63,305 nt of DNA, taken from contig JAYNZN010000002.1 of assembly GCA_038103695.1 (NCBI GenBank), positions 2,385 through 65,689 on the forward strand, given 5' to 3'. The DNA is from Opitutales bacterium (GTDB lineage: Bacteria; Verrucomicrobiota; Verrucomicrobiia; Opitutales; Seribacteraceae). A model generated the notes under the pieces. The model ran no database searches, was not told the DNA's origin, and saw only the letters and a program-made list of their open reading frames with translations. The position numbers and the translations under genes were made by a program. Positions 48,975-61,615 of the stretch are shown one piece after another. The first letter of the stretch is position 1. The number at the start of each line of letters is the position of its first letter.

Positions 48975-50930
48975 GTGAGTAAAATATTAGGCATAGATTT
49001 AGGTACAAGTAATTCATGTATGGCCGTGATGGAAGCAGGCGAGCCCAAGGTGATTCCTAATTCCGAAGGAAACCGAACCACCCCTTCTATCGTTGGATTT
49101 TCTAAAACGGGAGAAAGGATTGTAGGACAAGCCGCTAAAAGGCAAGCTGTTACAAATCCCCAAAATACTATTTTTTCAGCCAAGCGATTGATTGGTAGAA
49201 AGTTTGAAGAAATAAAAGATGAAGTGAGCACACTGCCTTTCAAAGTTGTAGAAGGCAAGAATGGTGCAGCAGTCATTGATTGTGAAATTGACGGCAAAAA
49301 TGAGTCTTTCATGCCCGAACAGATTGCTTCGATGATATTAGGCAAGCTCAAAGCGGATGCAGAAGCTTATTTGGGCGAACCAGTCACCGAAGCCGTTATT
49401 ACGGTACCTGCTTATTTCAATGATGATCAGCGTAGAGCGACAAAAGATGCTGGTGCTATCGCTGGACTTGATGTTCTCCGTATTATTAACGAGCCAACTG
49501 CGGCATCACTTGCCTATGGCTTAGATAAAAAAGGTGAGGAAACCATTGCTGTATATGATTTGGGCGGGGGAACATTTGATATTAGCGTCCTGGAAATTGC
49601 TGATGGTGTCTTTGAGGTGAAGGCAACCAATGGTGATACACAATTGGGTGGTGATAATTGGGACGATAAAATCATAAACTGGTTGGTCGATGATTTTAAA
49701 AACGATCAGGGGATTGACCTTTCTGGAGATCCAATGGCAATGCAGCGGTTGAAGGAAGAAGCTGAAAAAGCTAAGATGGCTCTGTCATCCTCGCAATCTA
49801 CTGAAATTAATCTGCCTTTTATCACTGCAGATTCAAGCGGGCCGAAACACCTGAATGTTACTCTTTCTCGCTCCAAACTTGAACAAATTTGTGATGACCT
49901 CTACGAGCGCACTCAGAGTCCTTTCAAGGCCTGTTTGGATGATTCCGGCCTAAGTATTGGTGAGGTGGGCAATTTAGTTTTGGTTGGTGGTATGACCCGT
50001 AGCCCTCGGGTCGTTGAAATCGCTAAGGAGTTGGGTGGTAAAGACCCCCACCAAGGCGTCAATCCTGACGAAGTAGTTGCGATCGGGGCAGCCATTCAGG
50101 GTGCCGTGCTTAAGGGAGATGTTAACGATGTGCTGCTTTTGGATGTCACGCCCCTCACTCTAGGCATAGAGACTGCTGGCGGAGTCTCCACACCAATGAT
50201 AGAGAGAAACACCACGATTCCGACAAAGAAGTCCCAAGTTTTTTCTACAGCTGCAGATAATCAGCCTGCTGTTGATATTGTAGTGTTACAAGGTGAACGT
50301 ACCATGTCCGAAGACAATAAAACACTTGGTACATTCAAGTTGGACGGTATCCGCCCAGCACCTCGGGGAACTCCTCAAGTTGAAGTTACTTTTGATATTG
50401 ATGCGAATGGTATCCTTAATGTCACCGCAAAGGACAAAGATACTGGCAAGGACCAAAAAATTACGATCTCAGGTTCTTCCAGTATGGATGAGAATGAAGT
50501 TGAACGTCTTAAGAAAGAGGCTGAGAAATTTGCTGACCAAGATAAGGAGAAGAAAGAATCTGTTCAGGTTCGTAACGAATTAGATTCCTTAGTTTATCAA
50601 TGTGAAAAACAACTAACTGATCTTGGGGACAAGGCTCCTAATGATTTAAAGAAGAATATCGAGGAAATGCTTGGTGAGGCCAAGAAAGTTCTCGATGAAC
50701 CATCATCTTCACCCGCCGACCTGAAAGTGGCCAAAGATAAACTAGAAAAAGGCTTTGGAGAGTTAGCCCAGCAGGCAGCCCAAATGGGTGGTCAAACCGC
50801 TGATGCATCATCTCCGGATCCCTCCGCTACTCAGTCCAGTAACGATGGGAATGATAAAACAAAGGAAGACGACATCGTTGATGCAGACTTCGAAGTTGTC
50901 GATGATGAGAAGGACGAAAAAGATAAATAG
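48975..50930 (+). CDS. dnaK: Chaperone DnaK (GTG start at 48975)
   Basis: AGGAG SD at 48963; [32 protein letters not shown]. Confidence 0.98.
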   Translation: MSKILGIDLGTSNSCMAVMEAGEPKVIPNSEGNRTTPSIVGFSKTGERIVGQAAKRQAVTNPQNTIFSAKRLIGRKFEEIKDEVSTLPFKVVEGKNGAAVIDCEIDGKNESFMPEQIASMILGKLKADAEAYLGEPVTEAVITVPAYFNDDQRRATKDAGAIAGLDVLRIINEPTAASLAYGLDKKGEETIAVYDLGGGTFDISVLEIADGVFEVKATNGDTQLGGDNWDDKIINWLVDDFKNDQGIDLSGDPMAMQRLKEEAEKAKMALSSSQSTEINLPFITADSSGPKHLNVTLSRSKLEQICDDLYERTQSPFKACLDDSGLSIGEVGNLVLVGGMTRSPRVVEIAKELGGKDPHQGVNPDEVVAIGAAIQGAVLKGDVNDVLLLDVTPLTLGIETAGGVSTPMIERNTTIPTKKSQVFSTAADNQPAVDIVVLQGERTMSEDNKTLGTFKLDGIRPAPRGTPQVEVTFDIDANGILNVTAKDKDTGKDQKITISGSSSMDENEVERLKKEAEKFADQDKEKKESVQVRNELDSLVYQCEKQLTDLGDKAPNDLKKNIEEMLGEAKKVLDEPSSSPADLKVAKDKLEKGFGELAQQAAQMGGQTADASSPDPSATQSSNDGNDKTKEDDIVDADFEVVDDEKDEKDK

Positions 50931-51021
50931 TAACTTATTAATTTTTGGAACAACCATGCAATTAGGCTGGTTTCCACGCGTTAAATAATAAATCTAATCC
51001 AAACCAAATAAACAAAGGAAT

Positions 51022-51318
51022 ATGAGTAAACCAAAAATCACTCCACTGGGAGATCGCGTTCTCGTCAAGCAAGTCGATGAAGACGAGCAAGTCAAGGGCG
51101 GGATCATTATCCCTGATTCAGCAAAAGAAAAGCCTCAAGAAGCAGAAGTTGTCGCCTTAGGAACAGGCAAAAAAGACGATGCTGGTAACGAGGTACCCTT
51201 TCAAGTAAAGAAAGGAGATAAAATATTGATCAGTAAATACGGCGGAACCGATGTAAAAGTTGATGATGTTGAATACAAAATCCTTCGCGAGGAAGATATC
51301 CTCGGGATCGTAGGTTAA
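51022..51318 (+). CDS. groES: Co-chaperonin GroES
   Basis: [28 protein letters not shown]. Confidence 0.98.
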   Translation: MSKPKITPLGDRVLVKQVDEDEQVKGGIIIPDSAKEKPQEAEVVALGTGKKDDAGNEVPFQVKKGDKILISKYGGTDVKVDDVEYKILREEDILGIVG

Positions 51319-51349
51319 TTCATTCGTAAATCTTAAACTTACAAAATAA

Positions 51350-52987
<1,638 letters not shown>

Positions 52988-53011
52988 GAGTTTTATTCTC
53001 TTATAAACTTT

Positions 53012-53043
53012 GAAAAGGCGTTCTCTTCGGGGAACGCCTTTTC
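53012..53043. terminator. Bidirectional intrinsic terminator between groEL and lipA
   Basis: GAAAAGGCGTTCTC-TTCG-GGGAACGCCTTTTC, with a cUUCGg tetraloop. Confidence 0.9.
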
Positions 53044-53103
53044 TATTTCATAAGTAAGGATTCTTGTATGAAAACGGGTTTAAATCCAAAACAATTTAAA
53101 TAG

Positions 53104-53988
53104 TTAGTCTTCTGCTAATTGTTCAGAATATCTCTCTGATTGTTCGTCAGCATGATAGGATGATCGAACGAGTGGTCCAGATTCGACAACTTCAATACCG
53201 AGCTCATGTGCTTCTTTTTTCCATGAATCAAATTCATCAGGAGTAACCCAGCGATCGATGGGTACATATTCGGAGCTTGGTTGGAGGTACTGACCCAAAG
53301 TTAAAACATTGAGTCCAATATTTGCTAAATCTTTAAGTGCCTGTCTGATTTCATCTTCTTTTTCACCAAGACCTAACATAATTCCTGATTTGATAGGAAA
53401 ATTCCTTTCCTTGGCATGAGATAGAACATCAAGACTTCTTTGATAATGGGCAGACTTACGAATAGGGCGCTGCAGGCGCTTAACAGTTTCCAAATTATGA
53501 TTAAAAATATTTGGTTTGGCATCCAACACGAGATCGAGGTTATTAAAGTTACCTTTGAAATCTGGGACCAGTACTTCAATAGCCGTATTTGGGTTTCGAT
53601 TTCTTACCGCACGAATTGTTGCTGCCCAAACTTTAGCCCCACCATCAGGTAAATCATCTCGTGCTACAGATGTTAATACACAGTGTTTGAGACCCATTTT
53701 AGCAACAGCATCCGCAACTCTTGGAGGTTCCGCTAAATCAAGTTCAGTAGGTTTGCCCGTATGCACAGCACAAAAAGAGCACGATCTTGTGCATATATTG
53801 CCAAGTATCATTAAAGTGGCAGTTCCTCTGGACCAGCATTCGCCCATGTTAGGGCATTGTGCACTTTGACATACAGTGTTAAGTTGATTATTATCAACTA
53901 AAGTTCTTACTCTTCCATATTCAGGGCCTGATGGTAATTTTGCCCTAAGCCAACTTGGCTTTTGGCTTCTAGATACGAATGTTGTCAT
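53104..53988 (-). CDS. lipA: Lipoyl synthase
   Basis: CQSAQCPNMGEC (CX4CX5C), CTRSCSFC (radical SAM), RSSY. Confidence 0.97.
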   Translation of the reverse strand: MTTFVSRSQKPSWLRAKLPSGPEYGRVRTLVDNNQLNTVCQSAQCPNMGECWSRGTATLMILGNICTRSCSFCAVHTGKPTELDLAEPPRVADAVAKMGLKHCVLTSVARDDLPDGGAKVWAATIRAVRNRNPNTAIEVLVPDFKGNFNNLDLVLDAKPNIFNHNLETVKRLQRPIRKSAHYQRSLDVLSHAKERNFPIKSGIMLGLGEKEDEIRQALKDLANIGLNVLTLGQYLQPSSEYVPIDRWVTPDEFDSWKKEAHELGIEVVESGPLVRSSYHADEQSERYSEQLAED

Positions 53989-54284
53989 CCACTTGGCGAA
54001 ATAGATTTTGGTCCTGTGTGACCAACAGTTCTTTGGAAATTATTCCCTTCTCCAGCTCGTTCATATAAAGAAAAGCCATTTTTCTCTAAGTTTTTAGGAT
54101 TCAGTTTTTGCCTTTCTATTCTATCTGCATGTTTCAGAATAAGACTGGATGATTTTACAACACGTTCAATCTTTTCCTTTGTAATGGGATGTAAATCCAG
54201 GGCTGGCTCTTTTAATGACTGCTCGACTTCAATAAAATGTTCCGGTTTTTTGCCATTAAGCACGCGGTAACGAAAAATAGGCAT
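53985..54284 (-). CDS. FmdB-family regulatory protein lacking the zinc-ribbon cysteines
   Basis: MPIFRY..FIEVEQSLKEPALDLHP..KIERV pattern; no Cys in the protein. Confidence 0.65.
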   Translation of the reverse strand: MPIFRYRVLNGKKPEHFIEVEQSLKEPALDLHPITKEKIERVVKSSSLILKHADRIERQKLNPKNLEKNGFSLYERAGEGNNFQRTVGHTGPKSISPSG

Positions 54285-54292
54285 CTTAAAAA

Positions 54293-56752
54293 TTAGGCAG
54301 ATTTTTTCTTCCTTGGAGGAAATTCAAAGCCAATTGAACCATTTTCCTTGAGGATGAGGTTTGCTTCAAACCTTCTTTTCGTTTTTCTCGACATAAAACC
54401 CTTTATTAGTCCAGTTTTTTTGTCCGAGACTAATTTCTTTAATTCTTCAACAGGTATTTCTTTATCAAGAATTTTTCTAGTAATTCGAAAGTTGCATTCC
54501 TGTTCTGAAACACGCTTGTTGTTGGAACACAAAAATGAAAGATCAGTTTGATGCACCTTACCCGCACAAATGGGACAGTTTGCTATAGCGGGGGCAGTTT
54601 TGATCATTTCTTTTTCAACTGATTCTTCTTCCTCATTTCGATTATTATCAAAAAGAAAAGTGATTTTGTACTGATCATCCATTTGTAACATGGCAGAGAA
54701 CCTCTTACCTGTTTTGGAAATGAAGTCATCAAGAGGTCCCACACGCTTTTCTTTCAGAAGAATACCGATCTCATCTTCTGTGAGTCTTCTTCCTGCGATA
54801 TTTTTAGATATCTTAAAATCACCGGATTCAACTTGATAATTATTTAGACCTTCAAATATTGGCTGATTATCCAATGGAGAAAAAAGGGCCGTTTGCCTGA
54901 GTGATGCTTGGGTATCGTCAAAACCTGTTGTTTTCTCGACAAAATCCTTCGTCATGTCAGAGATTTCACTCATAAATTCTTCGCGGGTTAATTTTCCTTC
55001 CTCAATTTTGCGAAGCTTTTGCTCCCACTCACCAGTCATCGCAGGACTCGTAAGAACCTCAACTCCAGCTGCTTGCAGGAATTGCATTAAGTCTTCTGCC
55101 TTTAATGAAGGACGAAGTTCTGTACCTTCTCTGCTTAAGTACTTTTCTTTGATTAAGTGTTCAATGGTTGCTGCACGCGTTGCCGGAGTGCCCAAGCCCT
55201 TATCCTTAAGTGCATCAGCAAGTTCATCGTCTTCTACTAATTTCCCAGCACCTTCCATTGCTGAAAGAAGGGTTGCTTCTGTATAGCGTGGGGGAGGTTT
55301 AGTTTGATCTTCAATTAAGTCGCAATCTAGGAATTTTGATTTTTCTTGATCAGATTCAGACATGGCCGCCAATGAATCTTCTCCCCCTTTATCTTTGCCA
55401 TATATTGCAAGCCAAGAAGGTTCAATCAGTACTTTTCCCTCAGTTTTGAAAAGATGTTCCTCCACATAAGTTAAACGAGTGGTTACATCCCATTCAGCAG
55501 GTGGGTAAAACACCGCGATAAACCGTTTAATGATAAGATTGTAAATCTTTGTCTCGTTGGAATCGAGGCTTTGGGGTGACTTATTAGTGGGAATTATTGC
55601 AAAGTGGTCGCTAATTTGTTTGTTATTAAATACCCTTTTATCATTTGGGTTTACCCAATTGGATTGGAGAATCTTCTGAGCATATACAGATAATTCTCCA
55701 GAAACCCCTTGTAAAAGTTCAGAGCAAGTTACGGGATAATCTTCTGGAAGAGCTTTCGAGTCAGTTCTTGGATAAGTGATGACTTTGTGCTTTTCATACA
55801 AAGCTTGTGCAATTTGCAGTGTTCTGCTCGCGGGCAGACTGTGCAGTCGATTAGCTTCACGTTGAAGGGTGGTTAAATCATAGAGTCGTCCGGAACTTTG
55901 CTTAGTACGTTTTTTGCTTTCTTCAACTTTACAAAAACTGGCATTCACAATTTCTTGATGAATTCCTTGTGCTTTGTCTTCTTCCCAAATTCGGTCGATA
56001 CGGTCCCGATCATTGTTGCTATCTTTTTTGAAATCGGGTTTTTGATAAATCCCTTGGTATATACCAGTGGAGATTTCAAAGTTGGCTCTAATTGAAAAGT
56101 ATGTCTTAGGTTGAAAGTCTCTAATCTCTAGCTCTCTTTCAACAACCATTGAGAGAGTAGGGGTTTGTACCCTGCCGACAGTAGAAACCTGCCTGCTGCT
56201 AGCTTTATTACGTTTAATTGTAACTGCTCGTGTTCCATTTATCCCAATCAGCCAATCAGATTCGGATCTACATCTTGCAGCATCTTGTAGAGGCTTCATA
56301 GAAGGTCCTTCCCTTAGTTGGGAAAATGCATCTTTGATCGATTTTTCGGTCATTGATAATAACCAGAGTCTTTTAACGGGAAGCTTAGAGCCAGCTAGGT
56401 CGTGGATATATGTAAATATAAGTTCGCCTTCGCGACCAGCGTCACAGGCATTAATTACACATTCGAGATCTTTCCTTTTAAGCTGCTTTTTTAGGCTTAG
56501 AAATTTTTTCTTGGCTGTAACTACAGGTTTGAGTTCAAATTTTTCAGGTATGATGGGGAGATTGGTAATTTTCCATGATTTTAATTTCTTATCGAAATCA
56601 TCTGGCATGAATAGTTCGACTAAGTGCCCGATTGCACTATCAATTACCCACTCATCATTTTCAAAGTAATCATCCTTGGCCGGGACTCGTCCGAGCACAC
56701 GTGCTAAATCTCGAGCAACACTCGGTTTTTCTGCAATAACAAGTTTTTTCAT
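54293..56752 (-). CDS. topB: DNA topoisomerase III
   Basis: LVIAEKPSVA, NACDAGREGELIF, GRVQTPTL, ITYPRTDS, GLGTPATRA; C-terminal repeats (FISKTGKRFSA, FMSRKTKRRFEA). Confidence 0.93.
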   Translation of the reverse strand: MKKLVIAEKPSVARDLARVLGRVPAKDDYFENDEWVIDSAIGHLVELFMPDDFDKKLKSWKITNLPIIPEKFELKPVVTAKKKFLSLKKQLKRKDLECVINACDAGREGELIFTYIHDLAGSKLPVKRLWLLSMTEKSIKDAFSQLREGPSMKPLQDAARCRSESDWLIGINGTRAVTIKRNKASSRQVSTVGRVQTPTLSMVVERELEIRDFQPKTYFSIRANFEISTGIYQGIYQKPDFKKDSNNDRDRIDRIWEEDKAQGIHQEIVNASFCKVEESKKRTKQSSGRLYDLTTLQREANRLHSLPASRTLQIAQALYEKHKVITYPRTDSKALPEDYPVTCSELLQGVSGELSVYAQKILQSNWVNPNDKRVFNNKQISDHFAIIPTNKSPQSLDSNETKIYNLIIKRFIAVFYPPAEWDVTTRLTYVEEHLFKTEGKVLIEPSWLAIYGKDKGGEDSLAAMSESDQEKSKFLDCDLIEDQTKPPPRYTEATLLSAMEGAGKLVEDDELADALKDKGLGTPATRAATIEHLIKEKYLSREGTELRPSLKAEDLMQFLQAAGVEVLTSPAMTGEWEQKLRKIEEGKLTREEFMSEISDMTKDFVEKTTGFDDTQASLRQTALFSPLDNQPIFEGLNNYQVESGDFKISKNIAGRRLTEDEIGILLKEKRVGPLDDFISKTGKRFSAMLQMDDQYKITFLFDNNRNEEEESVEKEMIKTAPAIANCPICAGKVHQTDLSFLCSNNKRVSEQECNFRITRKILDKEIPVEELKKLVSDKKTGLIKGFMSRKTKRRFEANLILKENGSIGFEFPPRKKKSA

Positions 56753-56791
56753 AAAGCATGAAGGAGGGAAAACACTATGATTTGAACTTCA

Positions 56792-57877
56792 TTAAGAGGG
56801 TAAAAACCGAGGAAGCAACTCCTCCATACTAGATAGGAGGTGTGTGATAGACTTTTCTGATTCATTTCCCATGTTGGATATTCGGAAAGTCTTTCCCTTT
56901 ATCTTTCCGTAGCCACCATCTATCGCTAACTTTTTTTCTTCCCTTAATGCTTTTACAAATCCGGCAACATCCATTCCCAAATTATTTTTCACGCAAGTTA
57001 AAGACTTTGAGGCAAAAGATTTGCTTGGTAAAAGTTCGAATCCATTTCGGATGACCCATTCGTGAACCATCTCATTAAGTTTTGTATGTCTTGCTTGTCT
57101 ATTACTAACACCTTCTTGAAAAATTGATTCGAGAGTATATTTGAGCCCATGAATTTGAGGAATGGCTGGAGTGCTCGGAGTCATTCCCTTTTCATGATTT
57201 TTTAGGAATTCCAAAAAATCAAAATAATAACCTCTGTCTTGTAAGGACTCAGCTCGTGAAAACGCTCTTTGAGAAACAGAGAACAGAGCAAGGCCGGGTG
57301 GAAGGGCAAGCGCCTTTTGCGATCCAGTAAGAATAACATCTATGCCCCAGTCATCTTTTGGGATTGAAACAACAGAAAAAGAGCTGACTGTATCAATTAC
57401 AGAAATGACATCAGGGTATTTGGATAGTACCTTCATAATGTCCTCAAGGGGATTCATCATCCCGCAGGATGTTTCGTTATGAACTAAGGTTACCAAATCG
57501 AAATCCCCACTAGACAATTTTTCATCAAGTAAATCAGGATTAATGTGGCTACCCCAATCAGCTTCCAAGCCTTCCGCTTCCTTACCACATCTTTTCGAAA
57601 CATCTAACCACTTGTCTGAAAAAGCACCGCACATACAGCAAAGAACTTTTTTGGAGCAGAGATTGCGTACTGCTCCCTCCATGACACCCCAAGCGCTAGA
57701 AGTGGAAAGAAAGACTGGGTCTTGGGTTTCAAACAATTCCTGCAACTTGGGTTGGCAAGAATTATAAAGTTCAACAAAGTCAGGGCTTCTATGACCCATC
57801 ACTGGAGTCGACATTGCTCGGTATGCTTCCGGAGATACATCAACCGGGCCAGGAATATGAAGTTTGTAATTGATCAT
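56792..57877 (-). CDS. Class V PLP aminotransferase (alanine-glyoxylate/serine-pyruvate family)
   Basis: IPGPV, GHRS, HNETS, DTVSS, GSQKALALPPG, FRISNMG. Confidence 0.9.
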   Translation of the reverse strand: MINYKLHIPGPVDVSPEAYRAMSTPVMGHRSPDFVELYNSCQPKLQELFETQDPVFLSTSSAWGVMEGAVRNLCSKKVLCCMCGAFSDKWLDVSKRCGKEAEGLEADWGSHINPDLLDEKLSSGDFDLVTLVHNETSCGMMNPLEDIMKVLSKYPDVISVIDTVSSFSVVSIPKDDWGIDVILTGSQKALALPPGLALFSVSQRAFSRAESLQDRGYYFDFLEFLKNHEKGMTPSTPAIPQIHGLKYTLESIFQEGVSNRQARHTKLNEMVHEWVIRNGFELLPSKSFASKSLTCVKNNLGMDVAGFVKALREEKKLAIDGGYGKIKGKTFRISNMGNESEKSITHLLSSMEELLPRFLPS

Positions 57878-58254
57878 GAGGATTGTGAAATTCCAGAGGT
57901 AACTTTTTTGTAAGAAAGGTTATTTTCTTCAATTAGGACGAGCTTGGGTTCCCAAACGGAGGCTTCTTCGGGATTTAGAGAAACGAATGTTATTATTACA
58001 AGTAAATCCCCTACTTTACCTTTGTGTGCAGCAGCTCCGTTTAGAGATATCTCCCCAGAACCACGCGGAGCAGGTATACAATATGTTTCAAACCTTTCGC
58101 CGTTCGATATATTACCTACTAAAATTTTTTCATGATGCAAAAAGCCAGCTGCGTCTAACAAATCTTGGTCAATCGACAGGCTTCCAGAATAATCAGGATG
58201 AACTCCAGTTACCACAGCACGATGAATTTTAGATTTTAGAAGAGATACTTGCAT
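57874..58254 (-). CDS. panD: Aspartate 1-decarboxylase
   Basis: KSKIHRA, G-S self-cleavage site (YSGSLSID), NGERFETY, LNGAAAH. Confidence 0.96.
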   Translation of the reverse strand: MQVSLLKSKIHRAVVTGVHPDYSGSLSIDQDLLDAAGFLHHEKILVGNISNGERFETYCIPAPRGSGEISLNGAAAHKGKVGDLLVIITFVSLNPEEASVWEPKLVLIEENNLSYKKVTSGISQSS

Positions 58255-58406
58255 TGGGAAAATATAACCAAGTGCCCATCAAATACTTGTTACAATAAAT
58301 GTCAATTGAGCAAAGCGATTTAGAAACTAAATCGTATTGAAAATAAGTGTCTTCCAATCCATTGTTCACATCTGATGGATGTGCTAACTACCTTAATAGC
58401 AATTAA

Positions 58407-59570
58407 ATGAAGTGGAGTGATTTCGAAAGTTTCGTAGAAGGTGTGCTTTATGACCGAGACCTATCAATATCTGCACGCCTATTTGGATTGTTCCTACATC
58501 CTTTCTCCTACCTGTTTTGGTTCATCGTCCGCGTGCGACTGAGTCTTTACAATAGAGGGATATTCTTAAGAAAAAAAGAACTTAATGCCTTGGTGATTGT
58601 AGTGGGCAACCTAACTATGGGTGGTACTGGAAAAACTCCAGTCGTGGAAAGATTAGCAAAAGAATTACAAGCCAAGGGAAAAAAGGTCGCAGTCTTGAGT
58701 CGAGGGTACAAGAGTAAGGGAGATAGAACTGAAGAATCTAATTTTTTCTTTAAGAAAAAGGTTTTTGAACCTCCTAAAGTAGTCAGTGATGGTAATCAAG
58801 TGCTCTTGGAATCAGATGAGGCGGGCGATGAGCCGTTTATGTTGGCTCATAACCTTCCTGGGGTTTTGGTTTTAATCGATAAGGATAGAGTAAAGGCGGG
58901 CATGCATGCTATCGATAAGTTAGGTGCTGAAGTCCTCATCTTGGATGATGGCTTCCAATATTTGCCAATCAAAGCTAATATGACTCTTCTTTTGGTCGAC
59001 CAAATGAATCCATTTGGAAATCATAAACTATTACCAAGAGGAATTTTAAGAGAACCAGTAAGGAATATCGCCAGAGCTGATTATGTTTTACTAACCAAGT
59101 CCGAAATTGAGCCAGAGTTGGAATTACTAGAAACTGTCCGAAAGTATAATCAAAATGCAGAGATTATTCGTTGTCGTCACAAAGCTCAGGTTTTTAGACA
59201 AGTTAATGGTAGTGGAGAAGAAAAGCTTAATTTACTTCACGAAAAATATGTCGGTGTGTTTTGTGGAATTGCCTCACCTCGTGGGTTTGAGCAACTCATT
59301 CATCGAATGTCTGGAGAATTAAGGTATCGAAAGAGGTTTTTGGATCATCACAGATACAAAAAGGAAGAGCTCGATAAGATTTTCCAACGTGCTAAGAACG
59401 CCGGCTCCGAAGTAGTTATTACAACAGAAAAGGACGCAGTTCGTATTCCTGTAAACTACGCACCAATACTTCCATTCTATTATTTACGAATGGAAATTGA
59501 AATCGTCGAAGGATTTGAGGATTTTGAAGACGCAGTCGATGTTCTCTGTTCTTTCCCTACCAAAGCTTAG
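58407..59570 (+). CDS. lpxK: Tetraacyldisaccharide 4'-kinase
   Basis: VGNLTMGGTGKTP, LSRGY, GDEP, LDDGFQ, DHH, TTEKDAV. Confidence 0.96.
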   Translation: MKWSDFESFVEGVLYDRDLSISARLFGLFLHPFSYLFWFIVRVRLSLYNRGIFLRKKELNALVIVVGNLTMGGTGKTPVVERLAKELQAKGKKVAVLSRGYKSKGDRTEESNFFFKKKVFEPPKVVSDGNQVLLESDEAGDEPFMLAHNLPGVLVLIDKDRVKAGMHAIDKLGAEVLILDDGFQYLPIKANMTLLLVDQMNPFGNHKLLPRGILREPVRNIARADYVLLTKSEIEPELELLETVRKYNQNAEIIRCRHKAQVFRQVNGSGEEKLNLLHEKYVGVFCGIASPRGFEQLIHRMSGELRYRKRFLDHHRYKKEELDKIFQRAKNAGSEVVITTEKDAVRIPVNYAPILPFYYLRMEIEIVEGFEDFEDAVDVLCSFPTKA

Positions 59571-59597
59571 TTTAAAAATACGGAGAACCTCTTCTGT

Positions 59598-60632
59598 TTA
59601 GGAAGAACCGAAGTTTATGGTTGAATCTACAAGAGCTTGCATGCATTCGATCTTAGCATTTGGTCTAATTCCATGCCCTAAATTCATAATATGGGCTGGA
59701 TCATCTTTCATATCTGTCAGCAGTGTTTCAGTTTCATTCTTTACCGAGATGGCATCCGTTTCCATGATTTCTGGTGCCAGATTACCTTGTAGAGTTAAAT
59801 TTCCTGGCAGTTCTCTCCTTGCTTCTTTTAGGTCTACATGGTGATGAACACCAATCGCATTACATCCAGTTTGTGAGATGATTTTCAGCCTTGCGAGCGA
59901 AGAGTTAGCATAGACTATGGTAGGAAGGGTATCAGGTGAGGATTTTACTAATCTATCAATCCATTTGAGCGACCAGTTCCAAAGATTTTGATCTGGGCAG
60001 AGTGCCTGCCAACTGTCGAATATTTGCAAGGCATCAATCCCGCATTCTGCTTGGAGTAAGATGTATTGTTCCAAAGCATCAGTTATTTTCTCAAGTAGAG
60101 CTGAAAAAGATTTTGGACTTTTTTGAGCCCATTCCATTGTGGTAGGAAAACCATGGGCTGAGCCTCCCTCTATCATGTAGCAAGCAAGTGTCCATGGTGA
60201 ACCACAAAACCCAAGAAGACCGTAGTCTTCACCCAACTCTTTTCTTAAAATTTTTAAAGTTTCACCAACATAAGAAAGCCGTTCTGCAATATCGTCAGAG
60301 TTTAAAGCATTTATGCATGCTTCACTCCTTATTTTTTGTTTCATTTCAATGCCTCCCGCAGGACGAAATGTATATTCTTGCCCCATCGCTTCTGGGATAA
60401 CAAGTATGTCGCTAAACATAATAGCGGCATCGAGTGAAAATCTTCGTAATGGTTGAAGTGTGACCTCAGAGGCAAGGTCTGGGGTTCTTACCATTTCCAC
60501 AAAACTGTACTTTTCCTTTAGGCTTCTGTATTCAGGCAAATATCGTCCTGCTTGTCTCATCACCCAAATGGGTGGCCGCCCAGCATTATTTTCACCTTTG
60601 AGGGCGGCCTTTAAAATAGCTCTCCCCTTCAT
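59598..60632 (-). CDS. hemE: Uroporphyrinogen decarboxylase
   Basis: PIWVMRQAGRYLPEY, FSDIL, QIFDSW, QGNL, NLGHG. Confidence 0.97.
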   Translation of the reverse strand: MKGRAILKAALKGENNAGRPPIWVMRQAGRYLPEYRSLKEKYSFVEMVRTPDLASEVTLQPLRRFSLDAAIMFSDILVIPEAMGQEYTFRPAGGIEMKQKIRSEACINALNSDDIAERLSYVGETLKILRKELGEDYGLLGFCGSPWTLACYMIEGGSAHGFPTTMEWAQKSPKSFSALLEKITDALEQYILLQAECGIDALQIFDSWQALCPDQNLWNWSLKWIDRLVKSSPDTLPTIVYANSSLARLKIISQTGCNAIGVHHHVDLKEARRELPGNLTLQGNLAPEIMETDAISVKNETETLLTDMKDDPAHIMNLGHGIRPNAKIECMQALVDSTINFGSS

Positions 60633-61552
60633 TTCATATCAATCCCTAACCAATCTTGTGGGACTAAATAGGAAGAGTATAATTCTTCCTCCTTCGAGCC
60701 CGTATCGGGGTTCCAATTGTATGACCAAGAGACTTCAGGAGGCATTGACATTAAAATAGACTCAGTACGTCCACCTGATTGAAGTCCAAAATGAGTACCT
60801 CGGTCGTAAACGAGATTGAATTCTGCATATCTGCCTCGTCTGTATTTTTGAAAGTTTCGCTCTTTTTGTCCGAAAGGATGAGCCATTCTCTTCTCGAAAA
60901 TCGAGAAGTAACTATCTCTAAAACTTTCCCCAACCGAGATACAAAACTCTAAAGTTTTTTCGAATCCACCTAGGTCGAGATCATCAAAGAAAATTCCTCC
61001 AACTCCCCTTGTTTCATTTCGGTGGGGAAGAAAAAAATAATCATCGCACCAACTTTTGAATTTTGGATAAAGGTCTATTCCGTATGGTTGGCAAGTGGAA
61101 TAAGCCGCCTTGTGCCAAAATAAAACATCTTCATGAAAAGGGTAATAAGGAGTTAAATCAAAGCCACCACCAAACCACCAAGCAATTGGATTTTCTTTGG
61201 GCCCGGCTTCGAAATATCGGACATTTGCGTGACTAGTTGGAACAAAGGGATTGTATGGATGAAATACAACAGATACTCCCATTGCTCGAAACGGCAGACC
61301 TGCGAGCTCTTTGCGGCCTTGCGTCGCAGAATCAGGCAAAGCCTTACCTGCTATGTCAGAGAAATTGATTCCACCTTTTTCAAGAGCCTGTCCTTTTTGA
61401 AATGCCCAAGTTTTTCCTCCTCCACCTTCTTCTCTCTCCCATTCATCCGTACTTACGCTTAGCCCAGTATCGAGTTCTAGAAGTTGATCCCTGATACTCC
61501 TTTGGAGGTTAAGAAATGAAGATCTTGCTAGATCGGTACTAGGGGGGGTCAC
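60629..61552 (-). CDS. hemF: Oxygen-dependent coproporphyrinogen III oxidase
   Basis: EKGGINFS, HPYNPFVPTSHAN, WWFGGGFDLTP, RRGRYAEFNLVYDRGT. Confidence 0.97.
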   Translation of the reverse strand: MTPPSTDLARSSFLNLQRSIRDQLLELDTGLSVSTDEWEREEGGGGKTWAFQKGQALEKGGINFSDIAGKALPDSATQGRKELAGLPFRAMGVSVVFHPYNPFVPTSHANVRYFEAGPKENPIAWWFGGGFDLTPYYPFHEDVLFWHKAAYSTCQPYGIDLYPKFKSWCDDYFFLPHRNETRGVGGIFFDDLDLGGFEKTLEFCISVGESFRDSYFSIFEKRMAHPFGQKERNFQKYRRGRYAEFNLVYDRGTHFGLQSGGRTESILMSMPPEVSWSYNWNPDTGSKEEELYSSYLVPQDWLGIDMK

Positions 61553-61615
61553 TTTAAACCAATGGAATTTGCAAAGATTTGATAATGGTAAAGGAACCGC
61601 TCGAATTGCTAATCC

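Noticed and set aside
50945-50960. Sigma54-like promoter before groES (TTGGAACAACCATGCA), with a similar string at ~48880
   Set aside because: GG-to-GC spacing is 9 nt rather than the required 10.
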